Source: Seison nebaliae
Taxonomy: Eukaryota
Direction: 5' to 3'
Assembly: GCA_023231475.1 (NCBI GenBank)
Contig: JALJEE010001969.1
Coordinates: forward strand, 1-40,155
Length of the DNA: 40,155 nucleotides
A model generated the notes under the pieces. The model made no database searches. It saw nothing but the letters and a program-made list of their open reading frames with translations, and had not been told where the DNA came from. This document shows, one piece after another, positions 1 to 12,000 of this stretch. The position numbers and the translations under genes are program-made. Numbering within the stretch: the first letter of the stretch is position 1; each line of letters begins with the position of its first letter.

Positions 1-114
1 CCTGATTTGTTGCTTTCAAGAGTAGCTCAGGCCAAATCGTTTATTTCAGATGATTCACCTAGTGAGTTATCTCATTTTCTTCTTTATTTACCCCGCGGGG
101 ATTTGTTATTTTAA

Positions 115-115
115 A

Positions 116-144
<29 letters not shown>
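115..144 (+). repeat. AATAAA running into an A28 tract; candidate 3' tail of a non-LTR retroelement or retrocopy
   Basis: ttaaat followed by an uninterrupted A run at 117-144. The element body would lie upstream and mostly outside the window, so no TSD can be tested. Confidence 0.45.
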
Positions 145-146
<2 letters not shown>

Positions 147-155
147 ACGAGTCTA

Positions 156-406
156 GGACATAAGAGCCACGAGACAAAAAGGTCACGGGACAAAAGAGCC
201 ACATACAAAAGAGCCACGGACAAAAGAACCACGCAGACTTTGATTTTCTTCGAACAGCAGAAACATAAAAAGTCAGGTTGATGCTTTGACTCGAATTGAA
301 TGGTCATGAATTGGAATGGATTCTTCTCAAAGTGAAGTAAAAAACTCTAAATAAACAAAATTTTATGAACATTCTGTAATATCTTATTTTAGAAGGCTCT
401 TTTGTC
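156..406. repeat. Five tandem 15-16 bp units (consensus GGACAAAAGAGCCACG) plus one inverted copy; DNA-transposon/MITE subterminal-like array
   Basis: Units at 156-171, 172-187, 188-203, 204-218 and 219-233. Inverted core GGCTCTTTTGTC at 395-406. Confidence 0.7.
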
Positions 407-471
407 GTTCCCCCCAAAAATACAATGATTGTCGCTTATCATCACTCTGTCGATACCTAGATGATACTGAA

Positions 472-1278
472 TAGTGTTGTTAAGTGAAAATTCAAAGACT
501 ACTAACAATTAAATTACTACTTCGACTACTTAAAAATTTTTAGAAATAGTTCGAGACTAAAGTCCGAGACTTTAGTTCGGACTTTTGTAAATCTCAATAT
601 TTTAATATTGTGGAAATTGAAGCTAAACATTTAGAAACAACTTAATATAGAAATATTCCTATTAAACAAAACCAATTTACTATTTCCATTTTAAGCATGT
701 CTGACCAATCAAAACGTTTTCTGGGTATTTAATTTTTAAAATTATGTCAACAACACCACCAAAAAAGACAAAACGAACATCTAAAGTTCATCAATTTTTT
801 ATTGATACCCCTACTGGAAAGCACTCCATATTTCAATTAGATGATGCAGAAGGACAATAATATCGCAGATGAAAGACTCGATTCCTCTATACCAGTCTTT
901 GGCACATTGTGAAAATTCATGTATTTTCTCATACCTAATTTTCACATTTTTCACTGCATTGTATTATTCACCGAACACCATTGGCACTAAGAACTCCATT
1001 TCTAAATAAATGGCAAATAACAAAAATTATTATGCATAACAGCATGAAAGTTTATCGGATAATTCATTACTTCACGCACAGTGGCGCCAGAAATTGTATT
1101 TCAACCTTTTGCAGTTTGTGACATACTCGAGACATATTTGATATCGATCGTAAATTATCGAACGAACTGAGATTATTGAAAAATGACGACGAAGCCAGAA
1201 GATTTCAGAAGACATAATGTGTTTGGACATAATTATTCTGAAATTTCAGTTTTAATTTTTTTTATCTTAACAACACTG
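472..1278 (+). mobile_element. Decayed, internally deleted hAT-like DNA transposon
   Basis: TIRs: TAGTGTTGTTAAG (472-484) and CTTAACAACACTG (1266-1278), 12/13 match. Subterminal palindrome CTAAAGTC-cga-GACTTTAG near 558-576. Broken BED-finger-like frame from ~744 (MSTTPPKKTKRTSKVHQFF...TSLWHIVKIH). No 8-bp TSD survives. Confidence 0.6.
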
Positions 1279-2629
1279 ATTCGTATTAACCATTTACATT
1301 TGCAATAACAAGATGAATAATCCATCCTTTGGAAGTGTTTGGAAATGCTGAACCACGTAGCTTTTTCTATTGTTACTTAGAGAGGAATATATTCCAATTC
1401 ATGAGTATATAAGAATTTCCTATTTTGTTATCTAATTTTTTTGACTAATGAGGACGTAATAGGGGCGAAACCTTCCCTTGTCAGACATAAATATAAATAC
1501 GGCCATATTGTAGGCGTTAAAAAATTGATCTTAGACACGTATTATCAGATTTATGCTAAAGATTATACTGTATACAATAGATGTAGATAAAGTCGAACAT
1601 CTTTACTTCGCTTACATTCGCTTAAAGAGGACTCGAGACAAAGCATGAGTCTGGCTCATAGCTTGGCTGGAGCCTTGTATGTATAGGAGTCTTATCATGG
1701 ATATTTAATGGCCTGTATGGATGAATAGAGTCTTATCACTTTGGACTCACAGATCATATTCACAGCCCTATCTCATATATCCCACATTTACTTCTAGATC
1801 ATTGAGTTTGTTGTAATTGAATTTTCGATTATTTTGGTAAAATTGATCAATTCGTCAATCTTTTCTCGTTCTTCGTTAACGCCAGTTCTCTTTAATCAAT
1901 ATATACTAGACATCACTAACAAGGTAACTTGTGAACATGTACTGTGACACTTGTGAACTGTAAGTTTATTTGTTATGCATCTCTGATTTCGGTTCATAAT
2001 TTCAAAACGGTTTTCTTCCAAATGTTGCACATCTTCTATCAAAGTCAACACTATTGCTAAAAGGAAGTTATTCTCAACATTTTATCATTTTTCATCATCT
2101 CCCTTACTATTTTCATTTGCCATTCTTTTTATTATAGATTCATTTTCCCCTATTTTTTTCCATTTTCAAAATTTTCGATCTTGAATCCATTTCACGTTTT
2201 GCAAAAGAAAAAAAGCTTTAGGAAAAACAAACGTTGGAGATAACTTCATATAATCAGCATTATTTTCATTGATTTTTTTGGAGAACTACTCAGGATATGA
2301 ATAGATGCATCCCGTACTTCGTTTATTATCTGTAACTGGGCGATTCGATTCTGGGCGATTTTTGGTCATTTAATATTTATACCAACGACTTTCAGGAATA
2401 GATTAGTTTAATGATGAGAACAATATATTCGGAAGAAGGATATAAATGATCTCAAATTAATAAATATAATTATTATTAATTAATTTCTCATTCCCGTATT
2501 CCTTCCATGTTCTTTTTCATTCATGTCCGTTGCACATCCTCCGTAAACATTTCAACTAAATAAATCCTAAGCCCAGATATTTACGTTTGATAAGCTGGTA
2601 TGATAAACAAAAATATAACACCAACACAT

Positions 2630-3538
2630 ATGTCGACAATAAAGAAATTCAAAGCTTTATTTTAATTTAGTTTCCAATCATGAGAAATAAAAGTTGAATA
2701 TAGGTGAGAAAATTAAAATTATTTGAAAGAATTGTCCATAGGACATCAAATTTGACCGCTAAAAGAATGAAGAAACAAATAATTGTATCATCTTTTGAAT
2801 ATTTAGAATATTTGAATAGAAACGTTTTTTCAGGAAATTATGCTCTCACAGACCTGTGGTTAAATCATTTGTCGAAGAAAGGATTTATTATCAATTTATC
2901 CGATTCTTTCGAGAAAGTCAAATTGGTAAAAGATGATTTATGTATAGAAATATTCGTAATTGAACCTTACAACTTAAAAATTGATACGAAAAGGTTATTA
3001 TCTTTAAGGTGATGTTCTCAAAATTATTAACAAATTATCAAAGTGGCCGACTGATGTCATTACTTATTAATAAGCACATCTGGTGTAATAATATATGGAA
3101 TACTTTATCCACGATCGGCGGAGCTTATGGTTCTTTGGAATGTTCGCCTTATTTCTCACTAATAGCTCAAAAATTTTCTATTATTCAATACCGTATTGCC
3201 TCAACAATGAACAACGAAATAGCTTTGGGGAAATGTCTCTTATTTTTCACTTATTCACTCATTCAATTAAACAATATTCATTTTGCAAAAAGATATTTGA
3301 GGTTCCTTATCAAACTTGAATTGAATTTAAACAGAATATTTCTAGATATGTGAAAGATAAGTACGGAAGATTTTTCAAGTATGACGTTCGCTTGAAAAAT
3401 ATGTGGGAAGCGGGACGAGTGAAGTTAAAAAGAAGTTCTATATCATCCAAATCGTTCAGTAAATCGTCAAATGATATTAAGAAATTAACAGAGAATGATG
3501 TAGAATTAATTAAACGATGTTTAATACCTTTTCTTTGA
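2630..3538 (+). CDS. DUF4807 / F58A4.6-like protein (~254 aa)
   Basis: Exons 2630-2653 (tentative, GC donor), 2704-2993, 3044-3301 and 3346-3538 join in frame. The motif LSTIGGAYGSL...KFSIIQYRIA...GKCLLFFTYSLIQ...AKRYLR resembles my recollection of DUF4807 (WLSTLGGAFSALG...RCKLYxSxSLIQ). Confidence 0.7.
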
Positions 3539-3547
3539 AAAAGTCAA

Positions 3548-4103
3548 TTAATCTTCGTAAGTCATTTCTTCAAATACCTCCGATGATTGAATGCTCTAAA
3601 TTGATAAATTTAATTGAAAAGAACATAATAAGAAATTATTAACGTGTCGATATTTATTCAAATATTCGATTAGTATCGGCATATATCGGTCGAAACCTAA
3701 ATTGGTCATCGATGTTAAGATGTCCGTTGCCAATAAAGTTTTTCGTCTTTCTTTCGCACATTTATCAGCAGCTCTGTAAATTGATGGATTAACACGATGA
3801 ATATATTATTATTATTATTATTATTCAATTATTATATATAAGAAAGAAAACTCGGATGTAATGAAACTGATGAATTCGGAGGCACATTCTTGTACTAGTT
3901 CCTTCGCTTCTTTTGACACTTTTCCTCCATTCGGTATTCCTTTTTTCATTAATTTCATGATATTCGCGATTGGTAGGAATCGTTCTTGCTCTTTTAAGAT
4001 ATGTACATCCGGTTTCTCACCTAATATTAGTGAAAGTAATTGTAATGTAGTTGGTGATGAAAGAAAAACTTTCCAAATCTGATTCATAGTCTTCCTCTCC
4101 CAT
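3548..4103 (-). CDS. NFYB: Nuclear transcription factor Y subunit beta (histone fold), 126 aa
   Basis: Exons 4103-4070, 4020-3852, 3773-3644 and 3595-3548 give [12 protein letters not shown]...[16 protein letters not shown]...[38 protein letters not shown], the NF-YB core. Confidence 0.95.
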
Positions 4104-4247
4104 ATTAAAGGTGGTACTCGTCTATCAAATTATCACTTAACGATTTCAGAGTAGTTTCCTTCGATATTTTTTAAATATTTTTCTTTTTTAAATTTGAGTT
4201 ATATTTCAAATAAATTCCTTTCCAAAATTGAAGCATAACAATAGCAC

Positions 4248-6731
4248 ATGATGGTGTGGTATGATGAGATTGCAAATCTCGAAAAGAAATTAGTGAAATT
4301 ATCAGGAATAAATGAAGATTTAATTGAGAAGCAATTTGAGAAATGTGATCAATCAGTAAAGAAGAAGTTGCAAGACGAAGCAAACAAATTATTTGATGGA
4401 AAATATAAGAAGTTTTATGGGAAGATTGAAAGTAAGAAAGATGAATGTCGGACTGATATCTTTCTGAAGAAATTAGTGAAAATGCAAGAGAGTCTCCTAT
4501 CAACATCTGACAACATTTTCAGTGAACTGTGGAAATCATTTGAAGGTGAAAAGAAATCAGCTCGATCTACAATGGAATTTATGGAGGCTCTTCAACAATT
4601 TTTTTTGAGTCCTAAAACGTTGCCGAAAGATCGCCAATTGAGAATGTTCTCTCAAATGCCATTAAGTTTATTGGAAAGAATGAGGAATGAGAAGAAGTTC
4701 CTTAATAATTTAGATGAGGAGTTATTGATTTTATGGATTTTTGAAGAGAAGTTGAAGATGCATCATACGAAATTTATGAAAATATTGGAGAAAGAAGCAA
4801 TTAGTTGTAATCCGACTGTTCGAACGAAATCGATTGATATTATTTATTCATTAATTAAGAATCAATTAGAAGGCGAGAAATATTTGTTATTTATTCTCGT
4901 AAACAAATTGGGAGATACGAATACTCAATTGAGTAGTAGAATTTTATATCGACTAAAATTATTATGTTGTCACAACATCGAAAGACAATATGTCATTTTC
5001 GATGTCCTCCAACATTTCGTTCAAAGACCCAATCTCAACGAGAAAACTCTTCATTATGCACTTTGTGCGTTTAACCAATTCGATTTACGTGATTCTGGAG
5101 CAAGTAAATTTTGCGAGAAATTAATCTGTTTTTATTTCCAATATTTTCAACAACTCATTGATAAATCGAATGAGAAACATGAAGAATTGAATGAGAATAT
5201 TGTGACATTCCTTCTTGATGCATTAAGGAAAGCTTTGAGTTATTTGAAAGAATTCGATGGAATTTCAATGAATATGGAAGATTGTACAAAAATTTTATTG
5301 CGATGTGCTAACAGTAGTAAACATCAACGATTATGGATGTTATCATTCATCGTTCTACAGACATTATTGAACATTCAATCGGAAATATCTGAAGATTATT
5401 CATCATCATCTTTATCAATTATTGATAGATATTTTATGGCTCTATATAAACGTCTCAACGATTCTAGTGTTCTTTCTGGTAATTTTTCAAGATTGAACGT
5501 TAAAAATTACGCGTCCTTTTCTTCTTTAATCTATTCAAGCATTAAGAATGATCGTGTTGCTCATCGTCAATCAGCTTTTATAAAAAAATGGTTATCTTCC
5601 GTACTTCAATCACATGCTATGAATTTTAATTGTGCTACACTTCAACTTATCTCAACATTGGTCAATAAAGAGAAAGATCGATTTATCACAAATTATCACA
5701 ATGGAAAAGAATTATCGGTTAAATTGTACGGATCTGAAACACGGAAACATAAGATAATTGAATGTTCATCATCTTGGAATCATATAACTAATTTGGGTAA
5801 TCACGATTCTGACGATGATGACAACGAAAAATTCGAAAAGAAATGTTATGATCCATTATATATGAATCCATCACTATGTGGAATTGAATATACTGCGAAT
5901 TGGGAATTAGTTCTCCTTCAAAATCATTATCATCCTACATTGGCATTATGGTCAAAGGAGCTTTTAGAAGGAAAGTCATTATCATCTGTTGAATACGAAG
6001 GAGATCCATTCGTCGATTTTGAATTAATAAAATTTTTAGACCGATTTGTTTATAAGAATCCAAAGAAAATTTCAAAGAAGAATAATGACAATGAGGAGAA
6101 GAAATCAGGAGAATCAAAGAAGAAACGAAATGAAATAAATCGATCATTATATTCATCACAACGACCACCAATTGATTACAGTAATGTTACAGAGTTAAAT
6201 GAAAAATCAATTCCGATCGACGATCATTTTTTTTATCAGTTCCAATTTTTATATTTAAAAAAAAACTACTTTCTTAATCTTCCACAGTTATGAAAGAAGC
6301 AAAATTTACTCAAAAGGGGAAGTTGATGAAGATTTAGAAGATTTTGATGATGATGAATTTGACAACTATTTGAGTTTAGTAGTCAACTATTTTTCCATTT
6401 TTTAATATTTTTTAAAGGTAAAACAGAAGTGGAAGATCTTGATGATGTTGGTGATGATCTAACGTCATCGATAACGTTAGAGGAATATTTTGAGACGCCG
6501 AAACGGTTAACTGATGTTGAAAAATCGTTCGAGACAACTAAAATGAGAAGGGTTCGAAAAGCAAAAGAAAATCAAACATCTGAATTATCAGAAAGTAGCG
6601 ATGATATGGAGGAAGATGATGAAATGATCGCTTCACTGTTAGATAAACAAGAAGAGAATCAAAAAGAAGAATTGGCAACGAAGCGAAGAAATAGAAACAA
6701 ACCGAAAAAGGCGAAAAAACGAAGAAAATAA
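4248..6731 (+). CDS. CEBPZ: CEBPZ / Mak21 / Noc1 (CBF domain) ribosome-biogenesis factor, ~796 aa
   Basis: Exons 4248-6238, 6288-6373 and 6418-6731. Motifs EGEKYLLFILVNKLGD, DRYFMALY, YDP..MNP..C, WEL..L..HYHPT, YEGDPFVDF.LIKFLDRFVYKNPK, and an acidic then basic C-terminus. Confidence 0.92.
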
Positions 6732-7668
6732 TCAAAAATTGAAAAATAGAAGACCTATTTGAATTTAATGATTTGGAAGAAATAAATATTTTTAATTCCA
6801 CTTAATAAAATCGAAATAAAAATATATTGAATGACTATTACTTCATCGATTTTATCGACTATTTAAATTGCGAAAGTGAATGTTAGTCTTCTACAATATA
6901 ACCTTGTTTTTATTCTTCTTTTGTCTATAAGATATGAGTTAAACAAGCCTCTTATAATTATTGAAATTTCATTGAACGATTTTGTAGAAATAATAATTCG
7001 ATTTATTCAGAAACAAATGTCTTGTTATATATTTAATCGTCGATTCTGTTGATGTCAATTTGAAAGAATGAAATTTCCTTCATTAATGGAAATTAGTCAG
7101 ATTTAGTTTAATTGAAACTTTTAACATATCCATAACACCCTCATTATACACATTACATAAGTTGCAGAAGATCATTTAAAATTGTTTTTTATCATTTTCC
7201 GTAAAATTTGTTTGGTGAATGTTAAGTAAATAATAGTTGATATAAATAATCGAATAATCCGTGAAAGTATTGTGACTCATCAGAATAAGGGAGAAATGCC
7301 TCATTTTATCATGTACGTCTCAAGTCTTCCAATGCATTTTCTACATCTGACCTTACATATTAGAGAACTATAATTCGTTTTTTATGAGTTTCTTTATAAA
7401 AAGAATTGAGTGTGTGATAAATAAAATTACTCTTATGCTGATACTGTGAGACACCTGTACGTAAAGGGTGAAATGGCGTAGAGCCACGGGGTGAAGAAAC
7501 GACATTCATTTATAATAAATCGAAGAGTTCGGACAACAAAACTATTAAATCATTTTTGAATAAATAATTTCAGAATAACTGATACATTCCAATACGAGAA
7601 TTTTTCCTTTTTTCATTATCTGTTAATATGCCATTAATATCTTATCAACATTCCTTTTATCAAATAGA

Positions 7669-8358
7669 ATGTTTTCTTTATTTTTCCTTATCTTACTCTT
7701 ATTTCAACAACTACACTCTTACGACCCAGTCAAAGAAGGCTGTGTTTCATCAAAAACCGATCCGTTCAGTTGTTATAAAGGAAACTGCATCAAATTAGAA
7801 GATTTGGAAGAAAGAATTTGTGATTGTTCCACCGGATATTTGGGTAAATATTGTCACGTGGATGAAAGTTGAAATTCTCTCTTATTCACAAAGTAATTGG
7901 TCTATAATTCATAGAATATTGTTCGACGGGTGCTTGTGAGAAGAAAGAGTTAATTTGTGGATCCGACGACCAAACCTATCAATGTTATGAAGAACTATTG
8001 CGAGCATCTTGCTCCGATGAAATGTTATTTGCTAAACATACAGGAGAATGCGGAATAAGTTTTTATCAAATTTAGAATATAAATTTCGAAATTAATTCAC
8101 TTTTGTATAGATAATCCGAAAAACTCATGTATCATACCAGGGAAAAATTTAATCAAAATTAATCAACAAACAGAAAGAACGATTGGCCATTTCCAATGTT
8201 CTTGTGGAAATGAGGCGAATTTAACATGTAAAAGTGAATTTAATACTTCCCAACTCTTTTGGCCCATTGATATTTCACTTAATTCGGGAAATCATCATTT
8301 TATTCATTATATTTTGCTTCTATTCGCCTTTTCAATTTCTTTATGTAGTATTTTATGA
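7669..8358 (+). CDS. Secreted or GPI-type protein: signal peptide, EGF, Kazal, Cys-rich module, hydrophobic tail (196 aa)
   Basis: Exons 7669-7867, 7915-8058 and 8111-8358. EGF: C..C...GNC...CDCSTGYLGKYC. Kazal: ICGSDDQTY...C...HTGEC. C-terminus HYILLLFAFSISLCSIL. Likely 46-nt 5'-UTR intron at 7622-7667. Confidence 0.8.
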
Positions 8359-8642
8359 AAAAATTATGAAGATCATTATCATTTGTTGCAAAAAATCGAA
8401 GTAGACTTATTTGAATGTCGACAAATATAGAAGGCAGTTATTCAAATTATTAGGTACAGAATAGAGATATGAAAAATTTAAATATTATTTTTATTTAATT
8501 TCAAATTAATCTTATTCTTTATTTTATCTTACATTATTTATGTTTATAGAAGTTATTTGCTAGATATTATGTTATAATTTTCTTAAAAGCTCAAACTAAT
8601 TAGCATTCAAATAATACTTTGTACATACGAAACTTTTTTCAG

Positions 8643-8945
8643 AGAATAATGATTGTGTTAATGGAAGATATGTGAACTTACGAAAGAAAAAAGTTTGTAT
8701 TTGTGTGAAAGGTTTTATTGGGGAATTTTGTGAAATAAAACGCTCTTCACTGCATGATCCATGTTAGTCTTTGTTTGCTTATACAATATCTTATATTCCA
8801 ACAATTGAATTTAGCACGAAGTAAGAAATGTGTATTTCCATTTTATTATAATGGAAGATGGTTCAAGAAATGTACGCGTTTCCACTTTTATACAAAATGG
8901 TGCTCGTTGACATCAATATATCGAAGAGATTGGTCTTTCTGCTAA
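8643..8945 (+). CDS. Partial EGF-like plus fibronectin type II domain protein; 5' end unresolved
   Basis: Exon 8643-8762 (DCVNG...CICVKGFIGEFCE), intron 8763-8814, exon 8815-8945 (CVFPFYYNGRWFKKCT....KWCSLT..Y..DWSFC, an FN2 signature). I could not find a clean in-frame start. Confidence 0.65.
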
Positions 8946-9026
8946 TTAGATGGGTTATCAAATATCTTAATAAAAAATTATATTTATTTATCGAAATAAA
9001 TTGAAGACGAGTTCCTCAACATTCTT

Positions 9027-12000
9027 TTAAAGTATTTTAAAATTACCAGATAAGATGATTAAGCTTATTACCGTTGCCGTTAGAACAGTAAGCACACAAC
9101 CGATAACTGAAACCGTCCACGCATATTTGGCATAGAGTATTGCATTCCTTGTTCTTTTCAATTCTTCGGATTTGATAGACAACAAATTTAATAGAACCGC
9201 AAGAATACCTGACCAATTTGAGAATTTATGTTGGAAAGAAAAAAAATTGAATAACCGAAAGGCGGATTGAGTAAACAACATAAGAGAGCTAAGATTATCC
9301 ATCTTTTCGCCATTTTTTGGCTTTCATAAAATTTGAAAAGTTCCATAACTTCTTCTTTTGTAATACCACGGAGAGTGAATGGTTTCAGCATATTCTCTTC
9401 CAGTTGATCTTGTGGTGAAAGTTGAAAAAGATAAGCACAAAAATAGGAGCAAACCGTTTGAAATATTTAATGAATCAGCCACTTTATATTTTGGCATTGT
9501 TTTACCTTGTCAATTAGGAAATTAAATTATCATGAGTAATCATTATTCACTATTGATCATCAAATAGTACTGTTGCGAAGTGAATTTGTGTCAGTATTTA
9601 TCACTCAATCTCTCATGACAAACAACTCATTTTTAAGAATTTAAATAATAACTTTTTGATTTTGATCGATTTTTGGTGAGTGAACTTTTAGATGATTTGT
9701 TTTTTTCCAAATTAACAGTAGTAGCAGATTTTGCAGTTTTCGACTGTTTATCTGGTACCTTAGAAGTTTTTTCGGAAGTTGGTGAACCAACAGATTCTCT
9801 TACTATTTCACTTTCCATATAAAACTTTTTGAAGGTGCGAGAAGGTGAAGATTGTTTATAATTACCTGAAGTAGTATCGGTATATTCACTGGAATCGGGT
9901 AATGACTCTTTCGTCGACACCATAGTATTTGTTGATGGTTTGTGTAATAAAACTTTCGTGAACTGTTTTGAATCAGGCGAAAATGATTTTCCTGATTTTA
10001 TGCTTCTATTGTCTGTTCGTCTTCCAACGAAAGATTTCATATGAGGTGGAAGTGAAACTTCGTTCCCCCCAACATCATTTTCTAATCCTTTTGATTTTGT
10101 TTGGGTTTTCGACTGTTTTGAGGATAATAATGGTTTCGAATTTACTTTCTCGACTGAATCTTTTTTCCTCGATTTACTCTGATTAGTTTCGAATAATTCA
10201 TCTTTTAATGTTGTACCGCTATTTATTTTATTGGATTTTTTTGAGAGTTTGGATAAGCTGTCAGATGGATTTATGTCTTTCATTTTATTATTACTATTAG
10301 CAGGAAGATTCCCCTTGGATATCTTGGCGTTTGAAGTATCACTTTCGTGATCAAACTTGGTTAAAGGTTTCGAAGGAATTCTCGATGGTGGAAGATTAAT
10401 CGAAGGATCTTTTTCAGATTTATTTCTTTTTTTACTTATTATACCGGTAGACTTATCAGAAGAACTTCGTTTTATATCAGCGCTACTCTTTCTTGATTTC
10501 GATCTTTTTTCCTTCTTATCTTCAGATTTTGAGATTGATTCCGATTCTGTAGATGACATCGAACTATAACTATATCCACTTGAGGATGATTTCGAATTTT
10601 TTATTCCATTATTTTTGCTCACTCTCTTGGAACTAATTCGAGTACCAGTTGAGGAATGACTTGAATTTGATTCCGAACTTATACTTCGTCTCCTACTAGA
10701 TACCGAACTATTTTGTCCTTTACGCTTTCTTCGTCGTCTACTCCTCCGATCAGGCAATGATAGACGAGTTTGATCTTGGGAACGCATACGTTCTGTTGAA
10801 TTCTTACCTCGTTCATTGTAAATTTTAACAGTAGTTTTTGAGATATTATTTGCAGTTTTTGAAGAAGACTTTGCACTTGTATTGGTATCTCGGGGAACAT
10901 CAAATATTTTATTCAATTTTTCTTTTGATTCACAATTGTTCTCTGTAGACAATGAATTCCTGTTTAAGTAGGCTAGCCATGTTAAAGAATCTTCCTTATC
11001 CGAACTGTTATTAATATTGATGGTTGTCTTGTCACTTAACGAGTTTACTAGAGTCTCCATCTTGTGAAATTCGCTTTCCTTCATGTTCGAACTGTTAACG
11101 GTAGATGTACTATTTGGAACTTTAATTAATCTACCATTTCTCATATCAAAATTGATAATATTTACTGAAGGGAGTTTATCGTTAGGCTGAAAAAGAAAAT
11201 CAGAAGTTATTCTCGAAGTGTTATTCACTTCAAAACTTACTTCTTCCACCTTATTATTATGTTGTCTTTGTGATTTTGGCAATTGTTCGTCGTCAACTTC
11301 TAAAATTTTTTCTTCAAACTCATCTCCGGATATTAGAAAGTTATGATCAGAAGATTTTCTTGAAAATGTGATTATACTACTTCCACTCTTCTCTTGTAAA
11401 AGCATTGGAATTAATGGTAAATCGTTCACATTCTTATTCTCTAAAGTGATAGAATGATGTTCTATTAGATTTGAATGTTCAACTTCGTTAGGTTCTATAT
11501 GAATTGTGAACTTCAATTCGTTCCTTGAACTAGAATTATAATTTTCGTCAACTATCTCATATGTTTTGTTCAGGATGTCACTTCTACTATAAACTTTAGG
11601 ATCTGCACTTAATACAATCGGACTAGTTTCTTTTAACGTTTCAAAATAGTTATGAGAAATATCAAAACACGATGTCTCATCCGTAATCTCATCGACTTTT
11701 TGTTGTTCATTTGTCTGTCCTCCAACTATTTCATCATTCATAGATCCGTCATTACCGTCGCTAGAATAATTGTAATGACTGAAATTTTAAAAAATTTCGA
11801 ATAATATTTTTGTATTGAGGAAAAATGAACTTTAACTTCGTTGGAAAATCATTGAGACTATCTGTCAAACTAATTGCATCTTTCGAAGTATCATCTCGTT
11901 CGTATGAATAATAAGTGTATACATCTTCCGGTGAAATTTTGACAACTGATTTCACTAATTCCAGATATTCATTTAATGTTGAATCATTTCCTGTTGAAAA

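Noticed and set aside
156..233. Short repeats as a CRISPR array
   Set aside because: Units are contiguous without unique spacers, there are no cas genes, and the context is eukaryotic.
59..307. 82-aa minus-strand ORF with poly-Phe
   Set aside because: It is a read-through of the poly(A) run and tandem repeats, not a gene.
1279..2400. Further transposon fragments (minus-strand HELEYIP, repeated GAGTCTTATCA and CTTGTGAAC)
   Set aside because: Suggestive of decayed TEs, but no paired termini or sustained homology could be established by eye.
7437..7500. GC-richer patch with two small hairpins flanking GAAA, hammerhead-like
   Set aside because: The CUGANGA core and the UH cleavage site are not correctly formed; more likely promoter motifs such as the CACCTG E-box.
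7622..7669. AG directly before the ATG as a spliced-leader trans-splice acceptor
   Set aside because: A GTTAAT donor 46 nt upstream gives an ordinary cis intron, so trans-splicing is not needed to explain it.
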